From assembly GCF_036321535.1 (NCBI RefSeq), contig NC_087436.1, positions 99,326,001-99,390,000 on the forward strand: a stretch of 64,000 bases of DNA, in the 5' to 3' direction. The notes beneath the pieces were generated by a model. The model was not told where the DNA came from. It searched no databases and saw only the letters and a program-made list of their open reading frames with translations. Source of the stretch: Camelus dromedarius. Taxonomy: Eukaryota. Shown in pieces: positions 41,469 through 53,592 of the stretch. A program made the position numbers and the translations under genes. Positions within the stretch are counted from its first letter, which is position 1; each line of letters opens with the position of its first letter.

Positions 41469-42640
41469 CCGTTAGAATTTTATTATTTTGTTGTTTTAAT
41501 ATGATAACATTTATGGACACATTTATTTTATGAGAGCTCTAGAGAAAACTGAAGAGATAGAAATGAGGCAGTGGCAGCTGTATTGACAATATGGTACAAA
41601 TTCTGTCAATGATAGTACATTTTCAAGAGATCTACTTGGGTAAAATATAAGTGTTTTTAGGATACTTTAGTGCTAAGAATTTCTATTTGTGTGTGTGTGT
41701 GTATTGTTAAGTACTCTGTGCTCTTTATCTCAATTGTTTTTCTAATACTCTGACTAGCTTTTCATTAGACTAAGGAAATGCTTTCTCATCCTTGTTTTCA
41801 TTGTCAGTTACATTCCTAGTCACTGCATGACAAGTGACATACTCTGCTTCTTAAGATAATCTTACTGAGACTAAAAGGTAACAAAAAAAGTTTCAAAACA
41901 ACTTTTAAAAACTTTTTTTTGCATTTGAATGTTAGTTTTCATAAACAAAACTAGCTACTCTTACACTCAGTTTGAACACTGAGAGCTGAAACCACACCTT
42001 TATTTCTATATTAGCATGGTTTTGCGATTTCTCTGTCCTCAGTAACATGACTTCATTTTTTTCTAGGGCTATGCTGTCCAGAAAAATTGTTTGATTATTC
42101 ACTACAGGCCTACTTGCAAAATTCATCAATTCTCCAATGGAAAATATCAACAAACATTTTGTGCCTTAAGATTCATTGAAACCTTCACTTCAAAATCTTT
42201 GCCTTGCTGTTTCCACAAATCCTAAATTATTGTATTATTTCCCCTTAAAACAGTGCCAAAACTTTGCCAGGTAGCACCTTGCCTTGCCATGATTACTCAG
42301 CTTCATTTTATCAATAGGTTGTGTTGGTGATATTTGGGAAGCTAACATTTGACTGACTGTGTGTCATAATATTCTTGGAAAAAAGAAGAACCACATGAAA
42401 TATTTCATATCTCCTACCTCTACTTAGCCATAATACTTTATATACAAAATATAATTTAGAAAGACAAACTTCTGGACTTATCAGTCACTTAGACATACTG
42501 TAAAAATATTTCACAATAACGTTTCTCTGAAAATATGAGAAGAGATATGACAATAAAAGAATAGAAGGAAATTAATAGTCTGAACTAACAAGTGATTTTC
42601 ATCTGGACCTCCCCCTACCACTTTGATTTTATTTTCTATC

Positions 42641-43188
42641 TGTTAGAGCAGGTGGGTAGCTAGATATGAGCAGAGAAAGAACAACATGGACCAAGTGCCA
42701 AGAAACCATACATCTCCTGAACAACAAAGGTCCTTAAACAGACCAAGAAAAGCAGAAACCTCTGGACTTACAAGAAACCATACATTCTGGGTTGACGAGT
42801 GTCTTGGAGGCAGACAAAGAAATGTGAGACAAGACAGGAATCTCCACCACCCCAATGTAACCTTTTGCTCATTATACTCTCATCTGAATGTAACCTTTGC
42901 TCATTATGATCTCATCAGACTTCCTGATCAAGACTAAATTAGGACAAAAAAATCCCTCCTTCCACCCAGGAAGGTGGAGCTGGGATAAAGATCAAGAAAC
43001 CCCAAATCTCTCTCAGCCAATAAATATTTTTCCCATTCATTTTTACATCCCATGTAACCAGCTTGCCAAAGAAGCCCAGGCAGCTATGTACCTGGGTCTA
43101 CCTGCTCTTGCCTTGAGAGTGCATTATCTATCCCTTAATGAATCCTTGCTTTGTTTTCCTGACCTTAGCATCTCATTCTCTGACAACA
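42641..43188 (+). mobile_element. Solo LTR (ERV1-class)
   Basis: TG...CA termini (tgttag...gacaaca); TSD TATC at 42637-42640 and 43189-43192; internal repeat aatgtaacctt(t)tgctcattat twice; AATGAA (decayed poly(A) signal) near 43137. Confidence 0.85.
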
Positions 43189-45196
43189 TATCTACCTAGT
43201 GGTTGTGCAAATTTGGGAATATTCCCCAGCATTTTAAACATAATTTTTTTTACTATATTCAAAATAAAAATAATACTATTCCTGGTATGCAGGATTACTG
43301 CTAGAATTAAGCCTGGGCTTTGCACATAGAAATACTTGTCATGTTTGAGTATTTTTTTAAAGTAAGAACAATGTGCTTAACTTGTATTACACATTAGCTC
43401 TTTTTTCTTTTTTCATTTTCATAACAAAATAAGAAATTGTAACCCAAAAGGTAAAACAGACACATCTTTATTATTTAAAAGCAAAAATCAAGTAATAAGA
43501 TGATAAGTCTGTGGGAAAAAATCCTTAAAAGTGAGAAAAATAAGAACCAGAGGGGAAACAAAAATAGAAAAGATGAACAGTGGCTTTTACTCTGCTGTTG
43601 ATCACTTTCTATCCCCATGACCTCTTTCATCCCTCCCCATCATGCACAAAGGAGAGTGGTTGAGCAAGGGGAGTTGAAGAAACTTCCAAAATAATTTTGG
43701 AAAACTGAGAGGGAATCAAAGAAGATACATTTTCAAACTAGAGTGGTATGAAAGCAGAAGAAATGTTTACAATATGCTAAACTTTTTAAAATGCAAAATT
43801 GTAACACTCATACAGATACGAAATGAACAGATGTTAAAGATTCTTTTAAAATCATTAATAAGGAAACTAGTAAGATGTTAAAAAAGAGAATCTAAATACA
43901 TCAAGTTTATAGATCAAGAATATTGAAATGAGTGTACAAATACAAGCAAAACTGGCTTCAAGATGCTAAGGGAAATCAACTGAGTCTATCAGACAGAATG
44001 TATTTGCATGTCTATAGACAAGAATTTGCATTTCTGTCATTTACCTACAATATAAAGGTTCTAAAACAGCTCACAGTCAGTGAAAGACTAATCAAATAAG
44101 AAGGAATGGAGTGCTCTAGATAATGTATAGCTTTCCATCAAAGCGCAGATTGTTTCTATAGCTCCTCCCACTTAATTCAAAAAATAATCTCAAAGAAAGA
44201 TTCTTATAGACTATAAAATAAAAATGGCTTTATTAAATTTGGCCTGATTATTTACATAAATCCAACAAGAATCTTAATCTACCGATTAGATCTTTTTAAA
44301 CTTACTTTGCTGCATGTTATCAAAAGGAATCTCAGATTAGATTAATAAGAGTCTTTTATTCTTCGCTATATTGAGCCCAGGGAGCCAATCTTGAGAAACT
44401 TGCTCCATGAGATTTGATTTACAGTACTTACAACTTTGGATAATTTCCACTCTCTAAGGTCCCCAAAATATTCTAAGGTGCCGGACTCGCCTGAGATGAA
44501 CTCCCTTACCATAAACTCTATATAAATCAGGTACTGGGTGGCCTTTGCAAATCTGGATTACATAAAACCAGAATTAGCTCTTTTAAAGTGGCTGGTCAGA
44601 TCTGATTAAATCTGCATCATTCTCAAATACCACATTTCAGGTAAGGCCAGGTGTTAGTGGGAATAACTAACCCACTAACATCATGGTAAACAATTACACC
44701 ATGGTAGAGAGAAGGACATATTTTTAATGGACATATGCAAATAACATAATAACCACATATAGGAAGGAAACAACACAATGTTCTGAATTCTTGTGAGAGG
44801 ATGGGGGTGGGGGAGAGGAAAATTAGATACGATTTTAAAATGTCCCATTTTACAAAAGTAGAGTCTACTACTTTTGTAGACCACTACTACTACTTTTGTG
44901 GGCGTAAGGGAAGAAAATAATTTTCACTCTACCCTTCTGAGTTCATAGCTGAGACCCTGTAACAAAAAAAATAGATTAACAAGAGAAAAACATTTAGAAG
45001 TTTATTAACATGCATCACTCATGTATACAAATTTTACCATGGGAAAAATGAGTAATTCACCAGGTGGCTTAGAATTCAGACTTAAATACTATCTTAATAG
45101 GGAAAAAAGGGGGACATGCAGGCCATACAGAGAAGAGTAAATGATTTTCAGGAAAGATGAATGGGCTCCAAGAAGAATAGATAGGAGGTATGACAG

Positions 45197-46215
45197 TGTT
45201 ACAGTAATTGAACAAGAAGACTATTAGACTGAAGGTGTTCTAATGCCTTGGCAACCTACAAAACTGAACAAAAACTTAAGCCAGAGTATATTTCCATAAA
45301 TGCCACAAGGTTAAGAAATTAAAATCTAAGAACAAGCAATCAAAAATAACCAACTAGGCTTTCCCAAATAAGGCAACCACCTAACCTCTAGCCAACGAAA
45401 AATTTTCTTAATTTGTTTCTGTGTCTGGTCTACAAAAGCCTTTCCCTAGTTCCTGTCTGTGAAACATTCCTAACCATTTAAGGTCTGGTGCTGCCCTATT
45501 CAAATTGATTATTACTCAAATAAGCTTTAAAAAAATTTAATATTGAGACAGGAGGGAAGGGGACAGGGCACAACCATTAAAAGAATGACACAGCAATTGA
45601 AGTTCAACTTCCTTGGACCTTGAGGCCCAAAACGGTGTTAAGATTCAACTCCCAGTAGACCTTGAGCTTCACTTTACACTCAATGCAATATGTTAGCATG
45701 GTAAATGACACACCCACCAGCACCATGACAGTTCTGAGGTTAACCATAAAAGGCCAAAAAGTGGATAATGGCCCAATTCCTGGAAATCCCTTCCTCTTCC
45801 CCAAATTAGTTGGAATAATCCTCCCACTTGTTAGCATATGAAGTACCAAGCCCACTAACTAAAAACTAACTGCCACACCTTGTGGTCACCCTCTCCTGCC
45901 TTTAGAGATGGCCCATACTGTTTTTTTTGAACATGTATCTATTTTTACTTTAAACTATCCACCTCCCCAACATCTCATGGCTTCTCTGGCTATCTGAGAT
46001 GGCCTACACTCTGTCTGTGGAGTATACATCTCTTTGAATAAATCTACTTTTACTCAGCTGTTGCTTTCTCTTGAATTCTTTCCTACACAAAACCAAGGAC
46101 CCTCACTTGGTGGGGTACACCCCAAGTACTTGTCCAAGACCTGGACACAACCATCCTCTTGCATCTCATTTTCTTGTATCAATATGCCTAGTTTTATTTA
46201 TTTTTTCTGTAAATA
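45197..46215 (+). mobile_element. Solo LTR B, middle element of the nest
   Basis: Starts tgttac; caaataagc poly(A)-like region; resumes after LTR C at atatgcctagtttt; imperfect TSD acag/atag. Confidence 0.65.
45544..46181 (+). mobile_element. Solo LTR C (MER41-like), innermost element
   Basis: tgagacagg...aatgacacacccaccagcaccatgacagtt...gaataaatc...tgtatca; exact TSD ATAT at 45540-45543 and 46182-46185. Confidence 0.85.
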
Positions 46216-46609
46216 ATAGTTTGTGACAAAGTTTATCTGGGTACGGTGTCACTTGTAGTCTCCTTTCCTGTGATAAATGTCAATCTTCTCTGGTTGATAA
46301 AATTCCAGGGGAGAGAATTTATGACAATTGAGTCCCTTTAGAAGGATGTGTCCTGGGGCAGAAAAGAGGAGTTCAGAGAAAGCCTCTCCCTTGCTGTTTT
46401 CCAAGTTCCTACAGCCCCAAATAATATACCAAAGTGGAATATTTTGGGGTGGCATATTCTGCTGCTCTTCATGAGCAACAGTTATATTAAAAAGAAAAGA
46501 TTTCCTTATACATAAAACAGAACATTAAAACAACATCAATGGTATTTCAAATAAATAACATTTCCCTTGTCAGCTCATTCAGTCCTACATAACTCATTCT
46601 TCTTTTCTC

Positions 46610-46775
46610 CTTTATTATTATTTATTTTTAGTTAATATCCATTATCTTACAGAGTTGCAAAAATTGTTTTCCTTGGAATGAGAATTCTTAAGATTTACTC
46701 TCTTAGCAACTCAAAAATATAGTATACAGTAGTGTTAAATAAAGCCATCATGTACATTATATCTTCAATACTTCT
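46610..46775 (-). mobile_element. Short L1MA-type 3' end fragment
   Basis: atgagaattcttaagatttactctcttagcaact...atacagtagtgttaa...catcatgtacatta. Confidence 0.6.
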
Positions 46776-47129
46776 AATTCATTTTTAATCTGCTAGATCT
46801 TCGGATAACAGTCTCAGTGAAGGCACCTGGAAAGGTATATAGGAAGAATTCAGGAAATCCTGACTCAGCCCACTGGTATCAAAATGCCATCAGAAGCCTA
46901 AAACCAAAAGTTTATTCTTTGAAGTATAAATATTTCAAAGTACCTAGTACAGTTCTTTTCCATGGGGCTCTAAGCCAGTCTTTCAGGAATACACAATCTT
47001 CAGCAGGTAACTGCTGAGAGAGCCTTTAGGCAGAAATCAGAATAAACTACTACAGATGACAGAAATTTCAAACGACTGTTGTTAATTAACTAATAGTAAT
47101 TTCTAAATTTGAAATCTCCGACAAGAGAT

Positions 47130-47704
47130 TATAGGGGAGAAAAATTATTTTTCCTACAACACTCCTATATTTCTAGTGGAGAAAAATTATTTTTTTTCTA
47201 CAACACTCCTATATTTCTGGTGGGCCTGATTAAAGACAGATTAGCAAAAGAAAAGCACACAAAAGTGTATCAGCATGTGCATCATGCTTACTTACGGGAG
47301 TACCTAGAGACGAATAACTCCAAGAGTTGATTAGAACTTGGGTTTATACAGAATGTTAGGCAAAAACAAAGGAAAATGGGTTTTGGGCTTCTGGGCAAAT
47401 GAAGGCAAGTTATGAAGAGATGGCCAGGAAAAATACGGTAAACAAACTTGTCTGGTGATGTTGGTTAGTTTTGCAATGCATATTTAAGTCAATGCCTTCT
47501 CCATCGATGAGTTACTGAGTCCTCTATTCCCAGTTTGAGATCTGAAGACATCTTTTACAAATATATATTTCTTTTATAAAAGGAAATTTTGTGCTCTATT
47601 TTTAGAGCTTTTCCTGTGTCAACTGGTTTTCAATGGCCTCTAGCTAAAAATAATCAATACACCAAAGTGGCGTATTTTAGGGTGGCATATTCTTGTACCC
47701 TTCA
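47130..47704 (-). mobile_element. Solo LTR (MER34/MER39-like) with an internal ~42 bp tandem duplication
   Basis: tatagggg...attttagggtggcatattcttgtacccttca; exact TSD AGAT at 47126-47129 and 47705-47708; duplicated units 47136-47177 and 47178-47221. Confidence 0.8.
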
Positions 47705-48140
47705 AGATCATAACAAGAATGATGCAAGATCACTTACAAAAACATTTGGCTGTTTCTGTGTCATGCTAACAAGACAGTAAGGTCAATTAAAAAAAAAAAG
47801 TTCTACACAAAATATGTATAAGCATAATTGTTAAGCCTATTTCCAAATAAGACTGTGAATGCTACATCTAATTTTTAAATAGGACAAACATTAAGTTTTA
47901 GATAAAACAAGATCATAATAAGATATGTAATAATAACGAATAAAAATACAGGTATTATACCATGAATACAGCAACCATATAGTTTAAAATGTATCAAAAA
48001 TATCAGGTAACAAGATTAAGACAGCTTTATTGTATAAAACTGCTCAGGTTAAGTCTGATGAGTTGAGAACCACTTGCCTAGAGGATGCTAGTTTCAAATT
48101 ATGAGTAAAGCCACCACTAAATTAACATTTATTAACATAT

Positions 48141-48670
48141 TGATGGGTTACTGGATATGCTATCCCAAAATATGGTGCCCTGACATACTGAATATCTTAA
48201 GCTGAAGGAGTTTGAGAAACCAAAGAAGCAGGAAGGTCACTCTGATTTCCATCCATCCCCTTCTTTCCTAAAAGTAGAAGATAAGAAAGGTACCCTCCCT
48301 GTACCAGAAGGAAGACTTCTTATCACAAAGGAACTTGGGGCCAAGAAATATGTATAAACAAACCTTGTTAATCTAATCCTTACCTCCTATAGTTACTTCT
48401 TCACCATTTATTACTCTTAGCACAAACCTTTCTGTCTTGCCAAATTATTACAAATTTATAGTTTTGTTGTCTAAGAAATAGAAAAATGTCCTGCTTCCTG
48501 ACATTTCTCATTACTTCTCTGGGCCTTCATTCTCTGGTGAAGTCTACTGTGTACATATAAAACTTTAATAAAATCTGTATGCTGTGCCCTGCTAATCTAT
48601 CTATGTCAGTTGAGTTTTCAGACCAGGCAGGGACTCTAAGATGGTTGAGGGAAACTTTTCCTCCCCTACA
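48141..48670 (+). mobile_element. Solo LTR (MER34/MER39-like)
   Basis: tgatggg...atatgctatcccaaaatatgg...aataaaa...ctcccctaca; exact TSD ATAT at 48137-48140 and 48671-48674. Confidence 0.85.
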
Positions 48671-49076
48671 ATATACTTGACTGATAGCACTGCACTGTTG
48701 TTGCCTAAAATCATCACACCAAACCTCACCAGGAGACTGATAAATATAGACAAGCTCCATGAAATATTATTTTGGTGCTTTTTTTGAGTTCAGAACATAT
48801 TATGAAAAATGAGGGAATTGACAAATCACCAAAAACTTCATAAACCATATAATTTCTGAAATATTTATTTTAATTATATAATACCTCTATAAATTTAACC
48901 TAGAGGAGGCTCTGAGCATTTCTTCTGTGTTGTCAACTCCTTCCATACAACTCGTCAGCAGAAATATATCAAATAAACCTAATTATTGATAGCACCTTTA
49001 TTTTTTAAGGCTAAAGAATAAATCTTTGCAAATTTCTGGAGGTCATCTGAAATATCTCAAAGATAGTATTAGGTGC

Positions 49077-49559
49077 TGATGAAATAAAAATTTATATTCT
49101 AAGGCAAGTCAAGGAAACTGTAAACATAAAAAATTTTCTCTGCATTTTGGCCTCTTCTTCCCACCCCACCCCCACCACCCACCACCCAACTGTGCATTGT
49201 GTATCTGCATTATGCATCAACCAAACCTCCCCATCAGAAATACCAGCTCAGCCATAAAGAGCAACATTCTCCTATCATCAACAAGACAACTCCTTAAAAG
49301 ATAACATTCCTTCTTGATCTTCTAAGGGGTCACGATAACCCACCATTTTGTACTTACAGATCTGGATTGTGCAAACTATCTATATCATTAAATGTCCAGC
49401 CTTCTGTCTCAAAAATCTATACAACTGTGCCTTTAACTCAAACAGGGAGAACAGTTCTCAGAGCTTTCTGTGAGGATTATAACCCAGGAACAGCCTCTAT
49501 TTGGCTCAAATAAAATTTCCCATTTCTTTCTTAGATCAAATGATTAATTTTTGTCACCT
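49077..49559 (+). mobile_element. Solo LTR (ERV1-class)
   Basis: tgatgaaa start; TATA-like ctatacaac; caaataaaa poly(A) signal; exact TSD GTGC at 49073-49076 and 49560-49563. Confidence 0.75.
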
Positions 49560-49989
49560 GTGCAAAACACATCCTCCAATTTTAATGGAACTGAATTGAA
49601 TTGAAATAATTAGGGTCCAATTTGGGGAAGCAGAAAGCAACATGTTGTTATCTGAATATTTGATTAATATAAATTGTGAGTGCTTGAGAAACAATACTTG
49701 GTTACCTATTTAACGTAAATGTCTACAAAACACTTAAAAATGAACATAGAAGGAAACATAGTTGTAAAGACATGAGTTCTTTCATAAGTAAGGAATCTTT
49801 GTTTTCTTAATTAAGGCCATAAGTATCAAAGACATAAAGATATCCAATCTTTGCTATTTGGACAAATTACACATAAAAAGATTATAACCTTTCATATTAT
49901 AGGAAAAGCCAATAGTAAACAAAGGAAATAATTCTATCACTTTTTGCTGCATGAGTCAGTAACTAGCCAAACTTGCATTTAGGAATATC

Positions 49990-50345
49990 ATTTCTGTCCT
50001 AGAACTTGCTGGGTTGCAAATGCATACAGCCAAGGGAATCATGAAGTATATATACTCAGTCTTGACATTAAAAAGTATAGTCTATTTTCAACATTCTTTC
50101 CAAAAGACCTTTGATGACCGAAAGCCTGAAGGCTTGGATTTCTGGAAGAGACATTACAGGATGCCAACCAATGAATCTCAATGCAAAGAGTCTTCTAAGT
50201 TACTGTGAGCAAATAGCTCAGCAGTAACATTCCAAGAGGTGGCTCCTAAGATCCATGTTTCTAAATTACAGAAACACAAATCATTTAAAAATGATTAATA
50301 GAGCATCCCAACTACACACCTCAAATTGAGGCTACTTAAAAAATA
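49990..50345 (+). pseudogene. Decayed ERV1 (gammaretrovirus-like) pol integrase C-terminal GPY/F-domain remnant
   Basis: Reading through stops from 50101 gives DDRKPEGLDFWKRHYRMPTNESQCKESSKLL*ANSSAVTFQEVAPKIHVSKLQK...SIPTTHLKLRL, which parallels the ERV1 pattern LQPGDxVFWKRH...LEPxWKGPYQVLL..TAVKL....WIHxSxLK. Confidence 0.65.
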
Positions 50346-50784
50346 CTTTGGTATCAGAATTTTGTCAGAAGATTGCTAAACCAAGACCTTTGTATGAAGC
50401 CGATGACAGCACAAATTAGAGAGCTCAAGATCTTTGCAGCAAGACTACCTACATGCCAAAAGCCACAGATTAGCATATTCTTTCTTCTAGCACGTTAACC
50501 TTTTAGCCTATTTCTTTCCATTTTGCTGCTTTTACAGTATATTATATTGTTAATAACTGAATTCTCATGCCTTAAACTTGTTGAAGAGAGGTCCTTTAAA
50601 TACTGTAATATTCTTAGTTTCTCTGGAGAAAAAATCTAATCTCCATATCCCTAAACACTTCAGAAAATCATTTACCTTCCACTGGACACTTCTGGTAAGT
50701 CAAAGAGTCTCACATTATTAAGGCTAACATTTAGTCACATTAAAATTGAACAAGAAATAGCAAAATGTATCTGCAAAAAATAAT

Positions 50785-51307
50785 CGTTAGGCAGTTTAGG
50801 TAGAAATGAGCACTAGGCAGGGGGAGAGGAAACGGAAAGGAACAACCCAGAAAATGGCAGCGTGTCTGCGTTCAGGAAAAGGAACTCCAGAAATTTCCAC
50901 TTTCTCTACATAAGGGCCAGTAAAAGCAGCCAGTTAAAGTCAAAACGCTGCAGCTGTGCATGGGAAGGGGAACTGGTATAAACTGACCCAATGAACCTGC
51001 CCAAAAGGGGATGGGAGTGTAGGGCACAGGGAACCTGAGTTGTCAGTCAATCAACTAATCATCAATCAATCAACCACGAAACCAGGATATAAAATCTGGA
51101 AAAAAATAAAAAGGAACAGTGCCATTCATTCCTCTTTTGGATTGGCCTGCTCTCAATTCTCAGGAGTGTACTATCTTTTACTGTTTTTTTTTACTTCACT
51201 AATAGAAGTCTTGCTTATATCACGCTTTCTGTCTCTCGTCAAAAATTCTTTTTTTTTTCGGGTGACTAAGAACCGAGGTAATTCTTATTTCCCTTTTCCC
51301 GGTAACA
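50785..51307 (+). mobile_element. Solo LTR (ERV1-class), ~0.5 kb from the CpG island
   Basis: cgttagg (TG decayed)...ccaatg CCAAT...gatataaaa TATA...aataga...cggtaaca; exact TSD TAAT at 50781-50784 and 51308-51311. Confidence 0.85.
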
Positions 51308-51814
51308 TAATTACTGAGATGCTCACAGGCGCTGAAGACACAGAAATGTTGGGAACACATATCAGAGCTCTCCTTTTTGCATTAGTACATTTATTTTTTC
51401 TTAGACATTCTCCATTCCCACTCAGGGAAATTTTCCCTCCCCAAGAAAGAAATCAACGGAACAAACACTCCTGGCCACATTAAATGACATCTAAATTTAA
51501 CAGTTACCTATCTTTTTAGACTATTACGACTTCACTTACTTACCACACAAACCTGACTTGTGCCTAGAGAGTAACTATTAAAGTTTTTCAGAAAAGCAAG
51601 ACTCCTTGACACCCCCTTCCCAACTTTATATTGTTAGATTGTGTCTTAGAACCATACCAAACAATATTACTCTGGGAATTTACTCAGAGTAATTATCGAT
51701 TAACTTTTTAAATTCTTTAAATTACTTGACATAGTAATTCTTAAAATCAAAATTATTCAAAATTGTAAAAGGTAATCAGAAATGTACCAATAATGTAGCT
51801 AAAATCATAAATGC

Positions 51815-52350
51815 TCACTTGCCTTCAGGTTCAAGACGTCGCGCCCCGGCACAGCCTTCAGGCCAAAGCCGCCTCCCTCCGCAGGCCAGGCCTCCGGGGC
51901 GATGCGATGCTCCCCTGCGACTCTGGGCACGGAAAGTGGGGTGGTGGCATTGAGGAGGTTTGGGGTTTTGCTTGATAGGTGGCGTGAACCACACTACTGA
52001 GAGAACTCCAGAACCCCCGGCCGCCAAGGCTACCGCTGCCTCAGCCTCGAGTTCCTCTTCCCAGGATTCCCCCTGCCCGCCCTTTGAGAGCTCCTGAAAT
52101 TCCGCGAGATCGCGCTTCCTCTCGCGTCAGCAGCGCCTCAGGCCAGATTCAACTATTCTGGAAGCCTCTCGGAGCAGTGGTGCTTCCTGGCCCGTCCTCT
52201 CCATGTTCCTGCAGCTGCACCGCGCTGACTCTCCGACACACCTGAGGTAACATAGCGCCCTTGGGGCTTCCGCCTGCGCCGTTTGCCTTCCTGGGAAATC
52301 CTGCCCTCAGCCCACCCTGGACCAAACCCAGGACTTCCCTGGCGACCATA
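51815..52350. promoter_or_regulatory. CpG island / probable bidirectional RNA polymerase II promoter
   Basis: Abrupt GC/CpG-rich island in AT-rich DNA, not recognisably repeat-derived; central TTCCGCGAGA (52100-52109), ETS-like GCTTCCT (52114-52120) and TCTCGCG (52120-52126); plus-strand donor GAG|GTAACA at 52246/52247; minus-strand donor CAA|GTGAG at 51819/51818. Confidence 0.8.
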
Positions 52351-52969
52351 ATGGTTAAAAATTTAAATAGATAGGGAAATAAAATTTTCTGGTCATGTTG
52401 CATTAGACAGTCTAATACTTTTGACACCATTTGCTAGCTAGGATGGTATTTTTGCCATCACTTTTTGCTTTTATATGCAGTTGTAGAAAATCCATCACTA
52501 AAACTGGCTTTCCAAGGCAGAACATACGGAATCTGGAAAATGTTTATCTGGCGCGGGTTCGCCAGCGTGGTCTCGTAACTTTGAAGCGTTTGACCACATA
52601 TAATCACTGTGCTGCTCTTAGCCTTTGTGTGAGTTGCAGCCACTAATTGTATACTCCTTGTCTCAGCAAAATTCGATTCCAACATTGAATGTTTTCCCTT
52701 ACTCCTGAGGCCATCAACCAACCCAAAGACTCTATGCTTCCAGTGTTGCATACTAAGAACGTCTGACTAAACTACAGCAAGAAATCCTGTGCTGTCACTT
52801 TTGCTAACATGACACCATTTTAGACTTGCCTTTTGTCATCATCCTTATTTGACTGACAAAAGATTCAGTTTGCTTATAACTGGATTTTCATTTGAGTAGG
52901 AGCTTTTCTGTTATTTCAGTAATTAGCAAGACTGAATTAGGCAGATGCTCTATATAACAAAGTAGCATC

Positions 52970-53592
52970 TTCCGTATAAATTTTAGTTATGTTTTTAATC
53001 TAAAAAAATTTATTGAAATTTTGTTAAGGATTTCATTGCATTGGGTAGTATGAACATTTTAACAGTATTAATTCTTCCTATCCAAGAATATGGGATAACT
53101 TTCCTTTTATTTGTGTCATCTTCCATTGTTTCCTCAACATTTTAATAGTTTACAGTGTACAGGTCTTTCCCCTCTCTGGTTAAATTTATTCCTAAGTATT
53201 TTATTGTCTTTGATGCTATTGTAAATATGATTATTTTATTAATTTCTCTTTTCAGAAAGTGTGTTGTTAGTGTATAGAAACACAACTGACTTTTGTATGT
53301 TGATTTTGTATCCTGCAACTTTACTGAATTTGTTTTTGGATCAGTAAGTTCTGAGTATTTAATGTGCACCATGGCTAATACTATATTAAATACTTGAAAT
53401 TTGCTAAGAGTGGATCTTAAGAGTTCTTATCATACACACACAAAAGTCAACTATGTGAGGTTTTGGGTGTGTTAATTAACTTGATTGTTGTAATCATTTC
53501 ACAGTGTATATGTATGTCCAATCATCATGTTGTACATTTTAAATATATACAATTTTATTTGTCAATTATTCCTCAATAAACCTGTAAAAAAA
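52970..53592 (+). mobile_element. Old L1MA-type insertion with 5' inversion (ORF2 piece minus, 3' end plus)
   Basis: 52970-53340 is antisense ORF2 (ORF 53142-53372: [16 protein letters not shown]); 53345-53592 is a sense 3' end with AATAAA and A tail; degenerate TSD aaagtagcatcttcc / aaaatagcattttcc. Confidence 0.8.

Larger units (their letters stand above)
44903..46471 (-). mobile_element. Solo LTR A (MER34/MER39-like), outer element of a triple nest
   Basis: cgtaagggaagaaaataatttt...ggaggtatgacag [insert] tttgtgacaaag...attttggggtggcatattctg...ttca; imperfect TSD tggg/tgag. Confidence 0.7.
44200..49930 (-). mobile_element. Decayed ERV1 (MER4-group-like) internal sequence hosting multiple later LTRs
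   Basis: attaaatttggcctgattatttacataa...ggaatctcagattag...aggtccccaaaata resembles MER4-group internal regions as I recall them; continues between the nested LTRs; boundaries approximate. Confidence 0.6.

Noticed and set aside
37036..41483. Possible TSD aattttatt around the deleted L1
   Set aside because: Short and low-complexity; could be chance
51040..51483. 147-aa plus-strand ORF near the promoter
   Set aside because: TTG start, mostly inside a solo LTR, no domain
51815..52027. 70-aa minus-strand ORF MAAGGSG... in the CpG island
   Set aside because: Starts at TTG rather than ATG; no recognised protein; probably 5'UTR or non-coding exon
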